A stretch of 64,000 bases of DNA. It comes from Candidatus Gottesmanbacteria bacterium GW2011_GWC1_43_10 (GTDB lineage: Bacteria; Patescibacteriota; Microgenomatia; UBA10105). Made by a program: the position numbers and the translations under genes. The stretch spans positions 60-64,059 of the forward strand of contig LCEX01000001.1 of NCBI GenBank assembly GCA_000995415.1, written 5' to 3'. The notes under the pieces were generated by a model. It was not told the DNA's origin. It saw only the letters and a program-made list of their open reading frames with translations, and searched no databases. Positions within the stretch are counted from its first letter, which is position 1. Each line of letters begins with the position of its first letter. Below are positions 36,936-47,012 of the stretch, piece after piece.

Positions 36936-38072
36936 TTGAAAATTTTATATCTGACTGAGTTTTTTCCCACGACCTTGAATTTGGATGTTCATGGCGGCAT
37001 TGAAACCCGGACTTATGCCATAGGCAAATTATTGAGCAGCAGACACGAAGTTTATGTTTTGGCTGCCGCCGAAACGGGTAAACCGATGCGTCAAGAGTTG
37101 GCCGGAATAAAAGTTCGTCGTGTCGGTTGGAGTCGGCAGTATTCCCGGCGGGGGGCCATTGGAGAACGAGTAAGTTTTATAATTTCCGCGATTTGGCAAG
37201 GACTATTTTGGAATTTTGATTTAGTAGAAGGATCCGGATTTTTAGGATGGTTACCTGCCTACATACTGGGAGTAGTAAAACGAAAGAAAAAAGTCATCTT
37301 GGTAGCCGACTTATTGGAAAATTATGCAAGTGACACACCAAAACTTGCATACAAGGCGGCGACGGTATTGGAAAAATATTTGTTAAATAGACCGTGGGAG
37401 AGAATAATTTGCATCAGCCAGGTGATTAAAGAAAAGCTGCTAAAAAAACACATTTTAAGTAAAAAAATTTCGGTCATTTACTGTGGGGCAGAAGTTCAAA
37501 GAATCCAAAAGCTCGAATCGGAGAAAAAGCAAATATTTACAATTGGCTGCGTTTCCCGGCTGGTGCCGTATAAGCGGGTGGCTGATTTGATCAGGGCAAT
37601 TCACATATTGAGATCCGATAAGAATTTGGTTGAGTGCGAAATCGTCGGAGATGGAGAGGAGCTGCCAAATCTCAAGCAGTTGGTGAAAGATTTAAAATTA
37701 ACGAGGTTTGTGCATTTGCGTGGTTTTGTTGAGAGTCATCAAGAGGTGATCAAGATAGTCAAAAGTTGCCAGGTGTTTTGTTTGCCGTCAGTCGTCGAAG
37801 GTTTTGGAATATCGACTATTGAAGCTTTGAGTGCCGGCTTACCGGTAGTCTTAGCCGATATTCCCATCAGCCATGAAGTTACCGAAAACCAAGCCGTTTT
37901 GTATTTCAAACCCGGAGATTATCGAGACTTGGCTAGACAACTACATAGACTTTTAAGTGATCAACAACTTTATCAAAAACTAGCGCGTGAGACCGGTTTA
38001 TCTAATAAGTATGATTGGAAACAAATAGCGCGGGAAACGGAAAACCTATATGAGAATTTGTGTACTAGTTGA
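36936..38072 (+). CDS. GT4-family glycosyltransferase (probable TTG start at 36936 giving MKILYLTEFFP; ORF opens at 36837)
   Basis: VVEGFGISTIEALSAGLPVVLADIP GT4 motif. The TTG lies 2 nt after the DUF2304 stop and is in frame. Confidence 0.8.
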   Translation: MKILYLTEFFPTTLNLDVHGGIETRTYAIGKLLSSRHEVYVLAAAETGKPMRQELAGIKVRRVGWSRQYSRRGAIGERVSFIISAIWQGLFWNFDLVEGSGFLGWLPAYILGVVKRKKKVILVADLLENYASDTPKLAYKAATVLEKYLLNRPWERIICISQVIKEKLLKKHILSKKISVIYCGAEVQRIQKLESEKKQIFTIGCVSRLVPYKRVADLIRAIHILRSDKNLVECEIVGDGEELPNLKQLVKDLKLTRFVHLRGFVESHQEVIKIVKSCQVFCLPSVVEGFGISTIEALSAGLPVVLADIPISHEVTENQAVLYFKPGDYRDLARQLHRLLSDQQLYQKLARETGLSNKYDWKQIARETENLYENLCTS

Positions 38073-39189
38073 CGCTTGGAAACCGATGTGGGGCGGTGGA
38101 CAAACACATGTTTGGGAGACAAGTAAGATATTAGTTCGTCAACATGATTTAGAGATCGATGTATTTACTAGATCTATTTGTGATGGCAAAGAAAGATATG
38201 CCACGGACGAAAGTCATTATGGTGGGAAGCTCAATATCAGGCGTATTGGCCCGTGTACGAAGTTTTTTAATTTATTCGGACGTTTAGCTTGGGTCATTAG
38301 TGTGATTTTTTCCGTCATACAGACTCATCGCATAAAGAAGTATGATCTGATCCACGCCCATGCATATATTTCCGGTTTGCCCGGCAAACTGCTTAGTTAT
38401 TTACTCAAGATACCTGTTGTATATACGGTTCATGGCGCCAACAACTTAGACCTAGGTCGGACTAATCCCGTCACTCTGTTGGAGAATATACTCCTGACCA
38501 AAATCAAATACGATCAGGAAATTTCTGTCAGTCACCACTTTCTTAAATACAATAATGTGAATCAAAAAATCTGCGTTATTCCAAATGGCGTGGATGTCTC
38601 TATGTTTGATCGGTACGTCTCCAAAATACGTCGCGATCATTTTTTTACATTGCTCTGGGTAGGTAGATTCGAGACGGTAAAAAACGTGACGGCACTAGTT
38701 TTAGCGTTTCGTAATCTAGTGAATGATTATCCATACTTACGCCTAGTGTTAATAGGCGATGGGAGAGAAAAGGAAGACATCCGTAAGTTATGTCAAAAGC
38801 TTAAACTCAACGATTTGGTGAAATTTAAAGATCAGTTAAAATATACAGAATTAATAAAAGCATACAAAGAAGCAAACTTATTTGTTTTGCCCTCCCTTTC
38901 GGAAGGTCAACCGATTTCTCTGCTTGAAGCCTGGGCGGCGAAACTTCCGGTGGTGGCAACTGACGTTGGTGATGATAAGTTGCTAGTAAAGAAAGACGTA
39001 AACGGGTGGTTAGTTAAACCGGGAGATATCCAATCTCTAGAAAAGGTATTGCACCAGGTCATCAAACGCACAGATTTAGGAAAAATCGGTCAGAGCGGCT
39101 ATGATTTGGTGCGGGCACATTGTAGCTGGGAGAAAAGTTCCTTGGATCTATATCGAATTTATCAACAACTGGTGGATGCAAATGAATAA
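38050..39189 (+). CDS. GT4-family glycosyltransferase
   Basis: MRICVLVDAWKPMWGGGQTH start. SLSEGQPISLLEAWAAKLPVVATDVGD is the E-x7-E motif. Confidence 0.8.
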   Translation: MRICVLVDAWKPMWGGGQTHVWETSKILVRQHDLEIDVFTRSICDGKERYATDESHYGGKLNIRRIGPCTKFFNLFGRLAWVISVIFSVIQTHRIKKYDLIHAHAYISGLPGKLLSYLLKIPVVYTVHGANNLDLGRTNPVTLLENILLTKIKYDQEISVSHHFLKYNNVNQKICVIPNGVDVSMFDRYVSKIRRDHFFTLLWVGRFETVKNVTALVLAFRNLVNDYPYLRLVLIGDGREKEDIRKLCQKLKLNDLVKFKDQLKYTELIKAYKEANLFVLPSLSEGQPISLLEAWAAKLPVVATDVGDDKLLVKKDVNGWLVKPGDIQSLEKVLHQVIKRTDLGKIGQSGYDLVRAHCSWEKSSLDLYRIYQQLVDANE

Positions 39190-40675
39190 GTTGCAAAAAT
39201 GGTTGATTCAATATTGGAATTTAATACTCATTTTAGTATTGGCCGTAATTTTATTGACAGTAAAACTGGACAAAAAATTCATGGGGCAACATGATTGGAA
39301 CAGCACCTGGTACGGCAATGTAGCCCGTAACCATATCCGCTATGGTTTAGCTAACACCAAACTTGGTTCTATCAGTGCCGGTGGTCCGATAGACTTTAAT
39401 TCCAGCAGGTTGTATTTTACTCATTATCCACCTTTATTTCCGTTATTATTAGCTTTAGGTTTTAAACTTTTTGGACCTAGCGAGGTGGCTTTGAGGTTGG
39501 TAGTAATATTTTTTTCTCTTTGGACAATAGTTTTTATCTATTTGCTGGCTAAATTGGTGTTAAATAAAACGGTGGCTTTTTTGGCCAGCATATTTGCAGT
39601 TGTTACACCTTTATTTCTTTACTACGGCAAATTACCCGTACATGAACCGATCATTTTGCCGTTTATTCTTGCCGGCATCTACTTTTACTTACGGTGGTTT
39701 AAAGATCAGAAGTCGAAGAACTTGATCTTGTCTGCCAGTTTTCTATTTCTAGCAGAACTCATTACTTGGCCGGCATATTTTGTACCGCCTTTATTAACCC
39801 TTCATTATTGGTTGTTTCATCCCCAGAAAAAACACCTGAAGCTATTACTGCTTTTGCCTTTAATCATGATTGGAGTCTTTATGTTGCACCTCATGCACGT
39901 AAAATTGTTGACTGGTTCGTTTTTGGGTGGCGGCTTGGTCCAGATATTTTTGACCCGCATCCAATCAAAACAAACGAACGAGATATATCGCCTGACATTT
40001 TTCAAATACCTTACCACCGAGATTCAATATCTCAAAATCTACTTTACGAATATTTTATTAGTTTTGGATTTGGGTTGGGTTATTCACTTAATTATTCGCT
40101 ATCAAAAACGCCAAATTGCTTTGTCAGAAAGTCTTCAGATGCTACTTTTGATATTTGGCAGTGCTTATGTGGTCATTTTTCAAGAGGCAGCCTTTCTGCA
40201 TGATTATTTAATCTATTATCTGTTGCCTTTTATAGTGATAGCTGCAGCTCAAATTTCAGAACAAATTTTGCGACGACTAACCAAAAATTGGCGTTTGCTA
40301 GTTGCAGCCTTGTTGGTTCTACTGGTGGCTACTGAAAGGCTGAAATATGCTAAGGCTATTTTGAACAGCAACAATAGCGAAAAGGGATATAAAATAGGCG
40401 AGTTCATAAATCGTCAAACTTCATTTAACGATCTAGTGCTCGTGGGCTCAAATTTTTATGGAGATTTCTACGCCAGTTTTATTGCTTACTACGGGGATAG
40501 AAGCGTAGGTTACAGCGAAGACCTGAAACTTACGGATTTAGATAAATTCCAGTGGGTGGTGAGGCCCAAAGCCCACGATGCCTTAAGTGAAAAAAGCAAA
40601 GCTATTTTAGACAAAAAATTTCCTCGTTACGAAAACGCAGAATTTGTTTGGTATGATCTACGTAAAAAAACATGA
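39176..40675 (+). CDS. polytopic GT-C-like membrane glycosyltransferase (distant ArnT/PMT-like, COG1807-like); ORF opens 39101
   Basis: QHDWNSTWYGNVARNHIRYG first loop, then FTHYPPLFPLLLALGFKLFGPSEVALRLVVIFFSLWTIVFIYLLAK, parallel to the KPPL / sefa-RLps region of ArnT-like proteins. About 12 TM helices. Confidence 0.5.
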   Translation: MQMNKLQKWLIQYWNLILILVLAVILLTVKLDKKFMGQHDWNSTWYGNVARNHIRYGLANTKLGSISAGGPIDFNSSRLYFTHYPPLFPLLLALGFKLFGPSEVALRLVVIFFSLWTIVFIYLLAKLVLNKTVAFLASIFAVVTPLFLYYGKLPVHEPIILPFILAGIYFYLRWFKDQKSKNLILSASFLFLAELITWPAYFVPPLLTLHYWLFHPQKKHLKLLLLLPLIMIGVFMLHLMHVKLLTGSFLGGGLVQIFLTRIQSKQTNEIYRLTFFKYLTTEIQYLKIYFTNILLVLDLGWVIHLIIRYQKRQIALSESLQMLLLIFGSAYVVIFQEAAFLHDYLIYYLLPFIVIAAAQISEQILRRLTKNWRLLVAALLVLLVATERLKYAKAILNSNNSEKGYKIGEFINRQTSFNDLVLVGSNFYGDFYASFIAYYGDRSVGYSEDLKLTDLDKFQWVVRPKAHDALSEKSKAILDKKFPRYENAEFVWYDLRKKT

Positions 40676-41478
40676 AGAAACAATTACCGTTAGTCAGCAT
40701 CATTATGCCAGTTCACAACGCTCAGGAATTTGTGGCAGAGGCGATAAGAAGTATTTTGGAGCAAACTTATCAACGTTTTAAACTAATTATTATTGATGAT
40801 GCTTCGACTGATAAATCCGCAGAAATTCTAAAAAAGTTGGTTAACCCGAAAATAGTGTATTTTCGAAATCCAAAACAACTTGGAGTAACTAAGTCATTAA
40901 CCCACGCTCTAAAAATGAGTAAAGGCGTTTTTATCGCCCGAATGGATGCTGACGATATAGCTTACCCGACCCGTTTAGAAAGACAAGTCAAGTTTTTGGA
41001 AGGACATTCAGAAGTAGGTGTGTTGGGTACGGCAGTCGAAGTGATTAATGCAGAAGGTAAGTCAGTCGGTTTCAGAAAAATGCCTACAGATAGTTTGGCT
41101 ATAAAACGAACTTTAGCCTGGATGAATCCACTTATTCATCCAACAGTGATGTTTCGAAACAGCTTGGTTCAAAGAATGGGAACTTATGATGAAGATTTGA
41201 ATGGTGCTGAAGACTATGACTTGTGGTTGAGATATGCTAAATCTACGCAAATAGGGAATTTACCTGAGGTGTTACTTAAATATCGAATTCACAGACAACA
41301 AGTATCTTTTTTACAAACGCAACTCGTGAGTCAAGCTCACTGGAAGACACTTTTAAAGGCGGTAAATAAATATCAATATCCCAAATGGTATTTGTTGGCA
41401 GGTTTAAAAGGTCTGTTATTTAGATTGATTCCTGTCGGAATCAAACAAAAAATTTATGCTAAGCTCTTCACAAATTAA
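40672..41478 (+). CDS. GT2-family glycosyltransferase
   Basis: LVSIIMPVHNAQEFVAEAIRSIL..LIIIDDASTDKS...RMDADD...EDYDLWLR. Confidence 0.85.
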   Translation: MKKQLPLVSIIMPVHNAQEFVAEAIRSILEQTYQRFKLIIIDDASTDKSAEILKKLVNPKIVYFRNPKQLGVTKSLTHALKMSKGVFIARMDADDIAYPTRLERQVKFLEGHSEVGVLGTAVEVINAEGKSVGFRKMPTDSLAIKRTLAWMNPLIHPTVMFRNSLVQRMGTYDEDLNGAEDYDLWLRYAKSTQIGNLPEVLLKYRIHRQQVSFLQTQLVSQAHWKTLLKAVNKYQYPKWYLLAGLKGLLFRLIPVGIKQKIYAKLFTN

Positions 41479-42253
41479 AAATAAGTTGTTGACACCAATC
41501 GTCGTCTTCTTACAAAAAACAGCAGTGTTATCTGCAGTAGCATGCCGATTAGTTAAATGGACAGGAAAACACAAGGATCCAATACATCCCAAGCATTTAG
41601 TCAAGATCAGAGATCCCTGGTACTTAGAATATTTACATGCGCAAGATATAGTTTTGGATGTAGGATGCAATAATGGACAACACACTCTTAAGGCTGCCAA
41701 AAAATGTAAGTTTATTTATGGCTTTGATTATGACCGAGGATTATTACAACTAGCTCAAAAGGAGGCTTCAAGGTTGAGTTTAAAAAATGTTGAATTTCAG
41801 ATTGGTAATGCGGAAAAGGCTTATCCATACAAAAAGCAAACTTTCAATATCATACTTTTCTTTGACGTGTTGGAACACTTGTATGAACGGGAGCAGGCGC
41901 TTAAAGAGATCCACCGGGTACTAAAACCAAAAGGAAAGTTACTCTTGTCTGTTCCAAATAAAGATACGAGCTGGAAAAGACTACAAGAAAGACTGGGTCT
42001 ACCATATTATTCAGATCCAGATCACAAAGTGGAGTTTACACAAAAAACGATTGAGCAACTGCTAAATAATACTGGATATAAAGCAACAAAAATTTTGCCA
42101 GTGACTCTGGATACACCGTGGGTAGGGGTAATCGACGTGGTAGGAGGGTTGTCTCTTTCTGCTTATGCCGCCATTTCCCGGTGGCGTCGGCAACAAGCTT
42201 TGTTCAACCCAAAGGAATCAATTGGTTGGGAAATAGTTTGTATCAAAAAATAG
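41456..42253 (+). CDS. class I SAM-dependent methyltransferase
   Basis: VLDVGCNNGQHTL (motif I), FNIILFFDVLEHL, VLKPKGKLLLSVPN (type 11/12 methyltransferase). Confidence 0.75.
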   Translation: MLSSSQIKNKLLTPIVVFLQKTAVLSAVACRLVKWTGKHKDPIHPKHLVKIRDPWYLEYLHAQDIVLDVGCNNGQHTLKAAKKCKFIYGFDYDRGLLQLAQKEASRLSLKNVEFQIGNAEKAYPYKKQTFNIILFFDVLEHLYEREQALKEIHRVLKPKGKLLLSVPNKDTSWKRLQERLGLPYYSDPDHKVEFTQKTIEQLLNNTGYKATKILPVTLDTPWVGVIDVVGGLSLSAYAAISRWRRQQALFNPKESIGWEIVCIKK

Positions 42254-42256
42254 CCT

Positions 42257-43522
42257 ATGAAAATCTTCATGTTGGCGGAATATTTTCATCCTTTTGCCCA
42301 TGGTGGAAGCGAATGGAGCGTTTATTATTTAGCTCAAGCGCTGATTCAACAGGGACACAAGGTGATCGTCTTATCACCGAACTACGGAACAAAAACCAGG
42401 GAAGTCTGGGAAGGGTTGACTATTTCCCGGTTTTGGTTTCCGCTAAAAATAGATCCACAGCAACCAAAATCTTTATCTCCTTTTTGGATAAATAATCTAC
42501 TTTTTTTTGGGTTAGTTGTTATAAACATAATTAGGTTGCTTAAAACAGAAGAGATAGACGTGATTCACGTTCAGAGTAAAAGTATGTTGCCGGGAGCGAT
42601 ACTGGTCAAATGGTTGACAGGAACTCCGGTAGTAGTGACGCTTAGAGATTATTTTTTACTTTGCCCTTATGGAGCGTGTTTGACAAAAGATCGTAATTAT
42701 CGAAGTTGCGACGTAAAATATCTTTTAACTAAAGAATTACCTGAATATTACAAAGATTATGTCATAAATCCAATTTGGTGGAAAAAAGCCTTTCATTTTA
42801 TGGCGGCAGTGAATGCTCGAATAACGAGTTTTGTTCTGCGCTGGTTTCTAAAATTCGCCGATCGTGTGATTTGTATCAGCCTCAAAGAACAACTTATTTT
42901 CGAACAGAACGGAATTACAAATACAAGAATGATCTACAACTTGTTCTCCGAACCAAAAGCAGCGAGTCGACGGACGAATGAACAGAACATTTTGTTTGTA
43001 GGTAGATTAACTCCGGGTAAGGGGTTTGATCTTTTTTTAGAAGCTTGTAGGGGCTTAACTAGCGAAAAGACGCTGCGAATTCAAATAATTGGAGACGGTT
43101 TTCTTAAAAACCTTATGACTAGTCAAAAAGATAAACATAGACAAATTATACTTTTAGGTCAAATTCCGCATGCGCAAACATTAGAATATTTGGCACAAGC
43201 CCAAGTAGTTGTTGTTCCTTCGCGTTGGGAAGAACCTTTTGGCCGGACAGCATTGGAAGCATTGATGTTGGGAGTTCCAGTAGTTGTCACCAATCGCGGG
43301 GGACTTCCGGAAATAGTGACAGATCAACGCACGGGATATATCGTTGAACCAACGATTTCCGACCTCAAACGCGCGATTGGGCTGGCTTTAAAACACAATG
43401 GCGTTTTGCGTAAGCAGATATTGGTAGATATGCCAAAATTAAGTCATATATTTTATACTAGACCCCTGTTACAACACGTTTCTTTATACAAAGAATTATG
43501 TTACCCAAAGTCAAATCAATAA
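42257..43522 (+). CDS. GT4-family glycosyltransferase
   Basis: MKIFMLAEYFHPFAHGGSEWSVYYLAQAL N-terminal GT-B domain. WEEPFGRTALEALMLGVPVVVTNRGGLPEIV motif. Confidence 0.85.
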   Translation: MKIFMLAEYFHPFAHGGSEWSVYYLAQALIQQGHKVIVLSPNYGTKTREVWEGLTISRFWFPLKIDPQQPKSLSPFWINNLLFFGLVVINIIRLLKTEEIDVIHVQSKSMLPGAILVKWLTGTPVVVTLRDYFLLCPYGACLTKDRNYRSCDVKYLLTKELPEYYKDYVINPIWWKKAFHFMAAVNARITSFVLRWFLKFADRVICISLKEQLIFEQNGITNTRMIYNLFSEPKAASRRTNEQNILFVGRLTPGKGFDLFLEACRGLTSEKTLRIQIIGDGFLKNLMTSQKDKHRQIILLGQIPHAQTLEYLAQAQVVVVPSRWEEPFGRTALEALMLGVPVVVTNRGGLPEIVTDQRTGYIVEPTISDLKRAIGLALKHNGVLRKQILVDMPKLSHIFYTRPLLQHVSLYKELCYPKSNQ

Positions 43523-45000
43523 AACATTTGGTATATTGGGGGATTTTTGCATTTCTTGCGATCTTAATTCGTGGTTACGGATATGGCTTAGGTGATCAAG
43601 TATTGCATTTGCCGTTACTTTATAGGTTGGAAGACGCCAATTTGTACCCGACAGATTCATTGTTTCCTTTGATTTTTAGCCACGTCACGCCATTTATCAG
43701 GTTAGTGGTTTTTCTTAATCAAACAGTATTTAAAGACTATTTCACGACATATTTTGTTTTCTATTTTTTGGGAAGTTGGTTGTTTTTTTTAGGTCTCTAC
43801 AAATTGACTTACTTAATAACTGACGATAAAACCGCTGCCCTGCTTAGCGGATGGTTTTTTATTTTACCTTTACATATCGGAGGCACTGCTTTAACTACAG
43901 TTGAGACAACTTTCGTACCACGACATCTCACCAATTTTTTCTTGATTTTAAGTTTAGTAGCACTTTTGCAAAAAAAATACTTACGATTGTTTTTTATTAA
44001 TGCGGTGATTTTACTCATTCATCCAATTACAGCAGTTTTATTATTTATAGCTACCACTTTTTGTATACTGGTATTGGATAAACAACGGTTTTTCCTCACC
44101 CTTTTAAAGGGTATAGGAATAATGTTATTGATTAGTATAAGCTTCTTGCCAGACTTTATTCGCGCTGTTCCGGCAAGTAGACTACCTTTACTGATGCCTG
44201 AGTCCTGGCTAGAAATTATTAAACTGCGCAATACCTATGCCTTTCCGTTACTTTGGACATTTAAAGGCTGGTTAAGCCTGATTTTATTGCTCATACCTAT
44301 AGCAGGTTACTTAGGTTGGAAAAAACATACAGGAAGAAACTTTAATTACGCGGATAAAGTCAGTTTATTTTTACTAGTAGGAGCGGCTTTTATTTTTGTA
44401 GGACAAATATTATTTACTTCATTATTGCCCTTAACTTGGATGATACCACTGCAACTGGGTAGAGTTTGGCAAATCCCGGCGACTTTATCTTTAATCTATT
44501 TAGCTTGGATTTTAAGTAAAATGGTCAAAAGGTTTTCGTTGACGCAAACGCAACTCGGTTTGTTATTAATTGGCTTTTTGCTAATAGCCTACTTTGTAAA
44601 AGATAAAGTCTGGTACCAACATCAATCTTCTGAATGGATTGAGACACAAAGATGGGCTCAAAGACACACCTCAGAGGACTGTACTTTTTTGGTGGATTTT
44701 TATTCTCAAGGATTTCGCGTTTTTTCCCAAAGAGCAATTGTAGGCGAATATAAGGACGGAACGCTGGCTTTTTACTCATCAGAATTTGCCCAGGATTGGT
44801 ACCAGAAATACAATTTATTTGGTGATACAAAAACTCATAGATACATGAACAACTTGGATAAAATATATGCCAATTACCCTTTTTCCTTTGTCGTGAGCGG
44901 GATATCCATTACAGCCAACTTGCCACCGATATACAAAAACAAAAATTATGGCATCTATGAGATGCCTATTAAAGAAAAAGGATGCAGTTTAAGAGTATGA
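43498..45000 (+). CDS. polytopic integral membrane protein, unknown family (candidate O-antigen polymerase/ligase-like or GT-C)
   Basis: More than 10 predicted TM helices plus a C-terminal soluble region. No recognised motif. Confidence 0.5.
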   Translation: MLPKVKSIKHLVYWGIFAFLAILIRGYGYGLGDQVLHLPLLYRLEDANLYPTDSLFPLIFSHVTPFIRLVVFLNQTVFKDYFTTYFVFYFLGSWLFFLGLYKLTYLITDDKTAALLSGWFFILPLHIGGTALTTVETTFVPRHLTNFFLILSLVALLQKKYLRLFFINAVILLIHPITAVLLFIATTFCILVLDKQRFFLTLLKGIGIMLLISISFLPDFIRAVPASRLPLLMPESWLEIIKLRNTYAFPLLWTFKGWLSLILLLIPIAGYLGWKKHTGRNFNYADKVSLFLLVGAAFIFVGQILFTSLLPLTWMIPLQLGRVWQIPATLSLIYLAWILSKMVKRFSLTQTQLGLLLIGFLLIAYFVKDKVWYQHQSSEWIETQRWAQRHTSEDCTFLVDFYSQGFRVFSQRAIVGEYKDGTLAFYSSEFAQDWYQKYNLFGDTKTHRYMNNLDKIYANYPFSFVVSGISITANLPPIYKNKNYGIYEMPIKEKGCSLRV

Positions 45001-46094
45001 ATTTAAGTGTTTTTTTAGCTATTGGTGAAAGTTTTGCTGATTATAAGGCCAAGGGTCAAGATACATTAATCCAAGATTATCTCTTGAAAAATTATAGTCG
45101 TGCTTTTAATAAAGTGTATGTTTTTTCCTACGGTAATGAACGGTTCACGCTTTTCAAAAATGTAGAAATCTTACCAAACAAATGGCGAATTCACCGATAT
45201 TTGTATTGGTTGTTTGCGCCACTACTCTATAAGAAATATTTAAAAAATTGCCAAGTCGTACGCGGATTACAGTTAAGCGGAGGATTACCTGCCTTGGTTT
45301 GCAAATATTTTTGGCATAAACCTTATGTGGTCAATTACGGTTACGACTACGTAAATATGGCAAAAGTAGAAGGCAAACAAATGCAATCCTTGGTTTACCG
45401 GATCGTCTCTCGTCTCGTGTTGGCAGGTGCGGCTAAAATAATCATTACTGCCAGATATTTGAAACCGCAACTTCGGACATATCAAATTGCTTCTAAATTA
45501 AAATGGTTACCCAACGGCGTCAATACGCAACTTTTTTCGCCCAGGCAAGACGTTAAATTAAAACAAATATTATTTATTGGCAGACTGGAAAAGCAAAAAA
45601 ACCTCAAGCAATTGATCACTGCGGTAAGCCAAATCAAGTTCCCCGGAATTGAACTATGCTTCATTGGTCAAGGTAGCCTGCGCCAAGAATTGGAAACCTT
45701 AGCTCAAGAACTTGGAGTAAACCTTAGGATTTTGGGAACGGTTGAACATACAGAATTGCCTAAATGTTTAAATCAGGCTAGCGTGTTTGTACTGGTATCA
45801 CTAATTGAGGGTCAACCAAAAGTCTTGCTGGAAGCCATGAGTTGCGGTTTACCGGTGATCGCATCCCAAATACCAGCTCACGAGGAAATTATTTCACATA
45901 ATAAAAATGGTATACTATCCGACATTAATACCCAAGACATTACACAAGCCTTGCGTTCAGTGATGACTGATCCCAATTTAAGGCAAAAACTGGGAAAAAA
46001 CGCCAGGCAAACAATCATCAAGCATTACAACATGCACGACTTAAATCGGCAGGAAACAATCTTATTGAAACAAGTAGCCACTACTTATGCCTAA
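44982..46094 (+). CDS. GT4-family glycosyltransferase
   Basis: SLIEGQPKVLLEAMSCGLPVIASQIPAHEEII motif. Confidence 0.8.
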   Translation: MQFKSMNLSVFLAIGESFADYKAKGQDTLIQDYLLKNYSRAFNKVYVFSYGNERFTLFKNVEILPNKWRIHRYLYWLFAPLLYKKYLKNCQVVRGLQLSGGLPALVCKYFWHKPYVVNYGYDYVNMAKVEGKQMQSLVYRIVSRLVLAGAAKIIITARYLKPQLRTYQIASKLKWLPNGVNTQLFSPRQDVKLKQILFIGRLEKQKNLKQLITAVSQIKFPGIELCFIGQGSLRQELETLAQELGVNLRILGTVEHTELPKCLNQASVFVLVSLIEGQPKVLLEAMSCGLPVIASQIPAHEEIISHNKNGILSDINTQDITQALRSVMTDPNLRQKLGKNARQTIIKHYNMHDLNRQETILLKQVATTYA

Positions 46095-47010
46095 ACCAAC
46101 AGTCTTAGTTTTGGGTGCAACCGGATTTATCGGTACCAGCTTGTGTCACCGACTGACTCAGAAAAATTTTGAAGTGATTTCTTTTTCCACCAGCCAGAAA
46201 GGACCCAAAAAAACTCGTCACTATCAAGGTGACATTAGAGACCAGCGGTCGATCGGCAGATTATTAGCTTTTAAACCACATGTCGTCTATTTGTTGGCTG
46301 GCATTTCTGGTCAAACCAACACCGATTCTTTGAGGGATTTAAGCTTTGCCGTAAATGTTAAAGCGCAAATGGATTGGTTAAACAGTATTGTGAAGCAGTT
46401 GCCACAAACAAAAGTGATTTTTTCGAGCTCCAGATTGGAGTACGGAAAACCGCAACATCTGCCGGTAGATGAAAAGCACCCCGTAGCGCCATTAAGTACC
46501 TACGGGATCCATAAACTTATGGTGACGCAATATTTATTGTATCTACACAAAAAGCATGGGTTGGACGTAACAATTTTACGGACATCCAATCCTTATGGAC
46601 GACCGATATCTTCAGGTAGTAGCAAATACAATATTATTAATCACTTTCTGGGGGCGGCAAGAAAGAACGGGGAATTGACGATTTTTGGTTCCGGTAAACA
46701 GCTGCGAGATTATCTGTATATTGAAGACTTGATTGATGTTTTTGAAATTTTAATCACAAAAAAAAATCCAGCTGGTGAAATATATAATGTTGGAAGTGGG
46801 CAGGGAATAAGTATAGTGAACATGGCGCAAAAAATAGTGCAAATAAGCGGAGGCGGTAGAATAAAATATTTGCCTTGGCCGCGACAGGAAAAGTCTGTAG
46901 AAACAGGTGATTATATTTCGGATATCACAAAAATTAAACTCGCTCTCGGTTGGGAACCAAAAACTGATTTGGATAGGGGAATAAAATTGTCTCTAGATAA
47001 CCGCGAATAA
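46087..47010 (+). CDS. NAD-dependent epimerase/dehydratase family protein
   Basis: VLVLGATGFIGTSLCHRL Rossmann motif. YGIHKLMVTQY (YxxxK). Confidence 0.8.
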   Translation: MPKPTVLVLGATGFIGTSLCHRLTQKNFEVISFSTSQKGPKKTRHYQGDIRDQRSIGRLLAFKPHVVYLLAGISGQTNTDSLRDLSFAVNVKAQMDWLNSIVKQLPQTKVIFSSSRLEYGKPQHLPVDEKHPVAPLSTYGIHKLMVTQYLLYLHKKHGLDVTILRTSNPYGRPISSGSSKYNIINHFLGAARKNGELTIFGSGKQLRDYLYIEDLIDVFEILITKKNPAGEIYNVGSGQGISIVNMAQKIVQISGGGRIKYLPWPRQEKSVETGDYISDITKIKLALGWEPKTDLDRGIKLSLDNRE

Positions 47011-47012
47011 CT

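Noticed and set aside
42118-42495. 125-aa + strand ORF overlapping the methyltransferase end and the GT4 start
   Set aside because: It lies in an alternative frame of two well-supported genes, has low-complexity R/G-rich composition and no motif. It is a typical spurious overlapping ORF.
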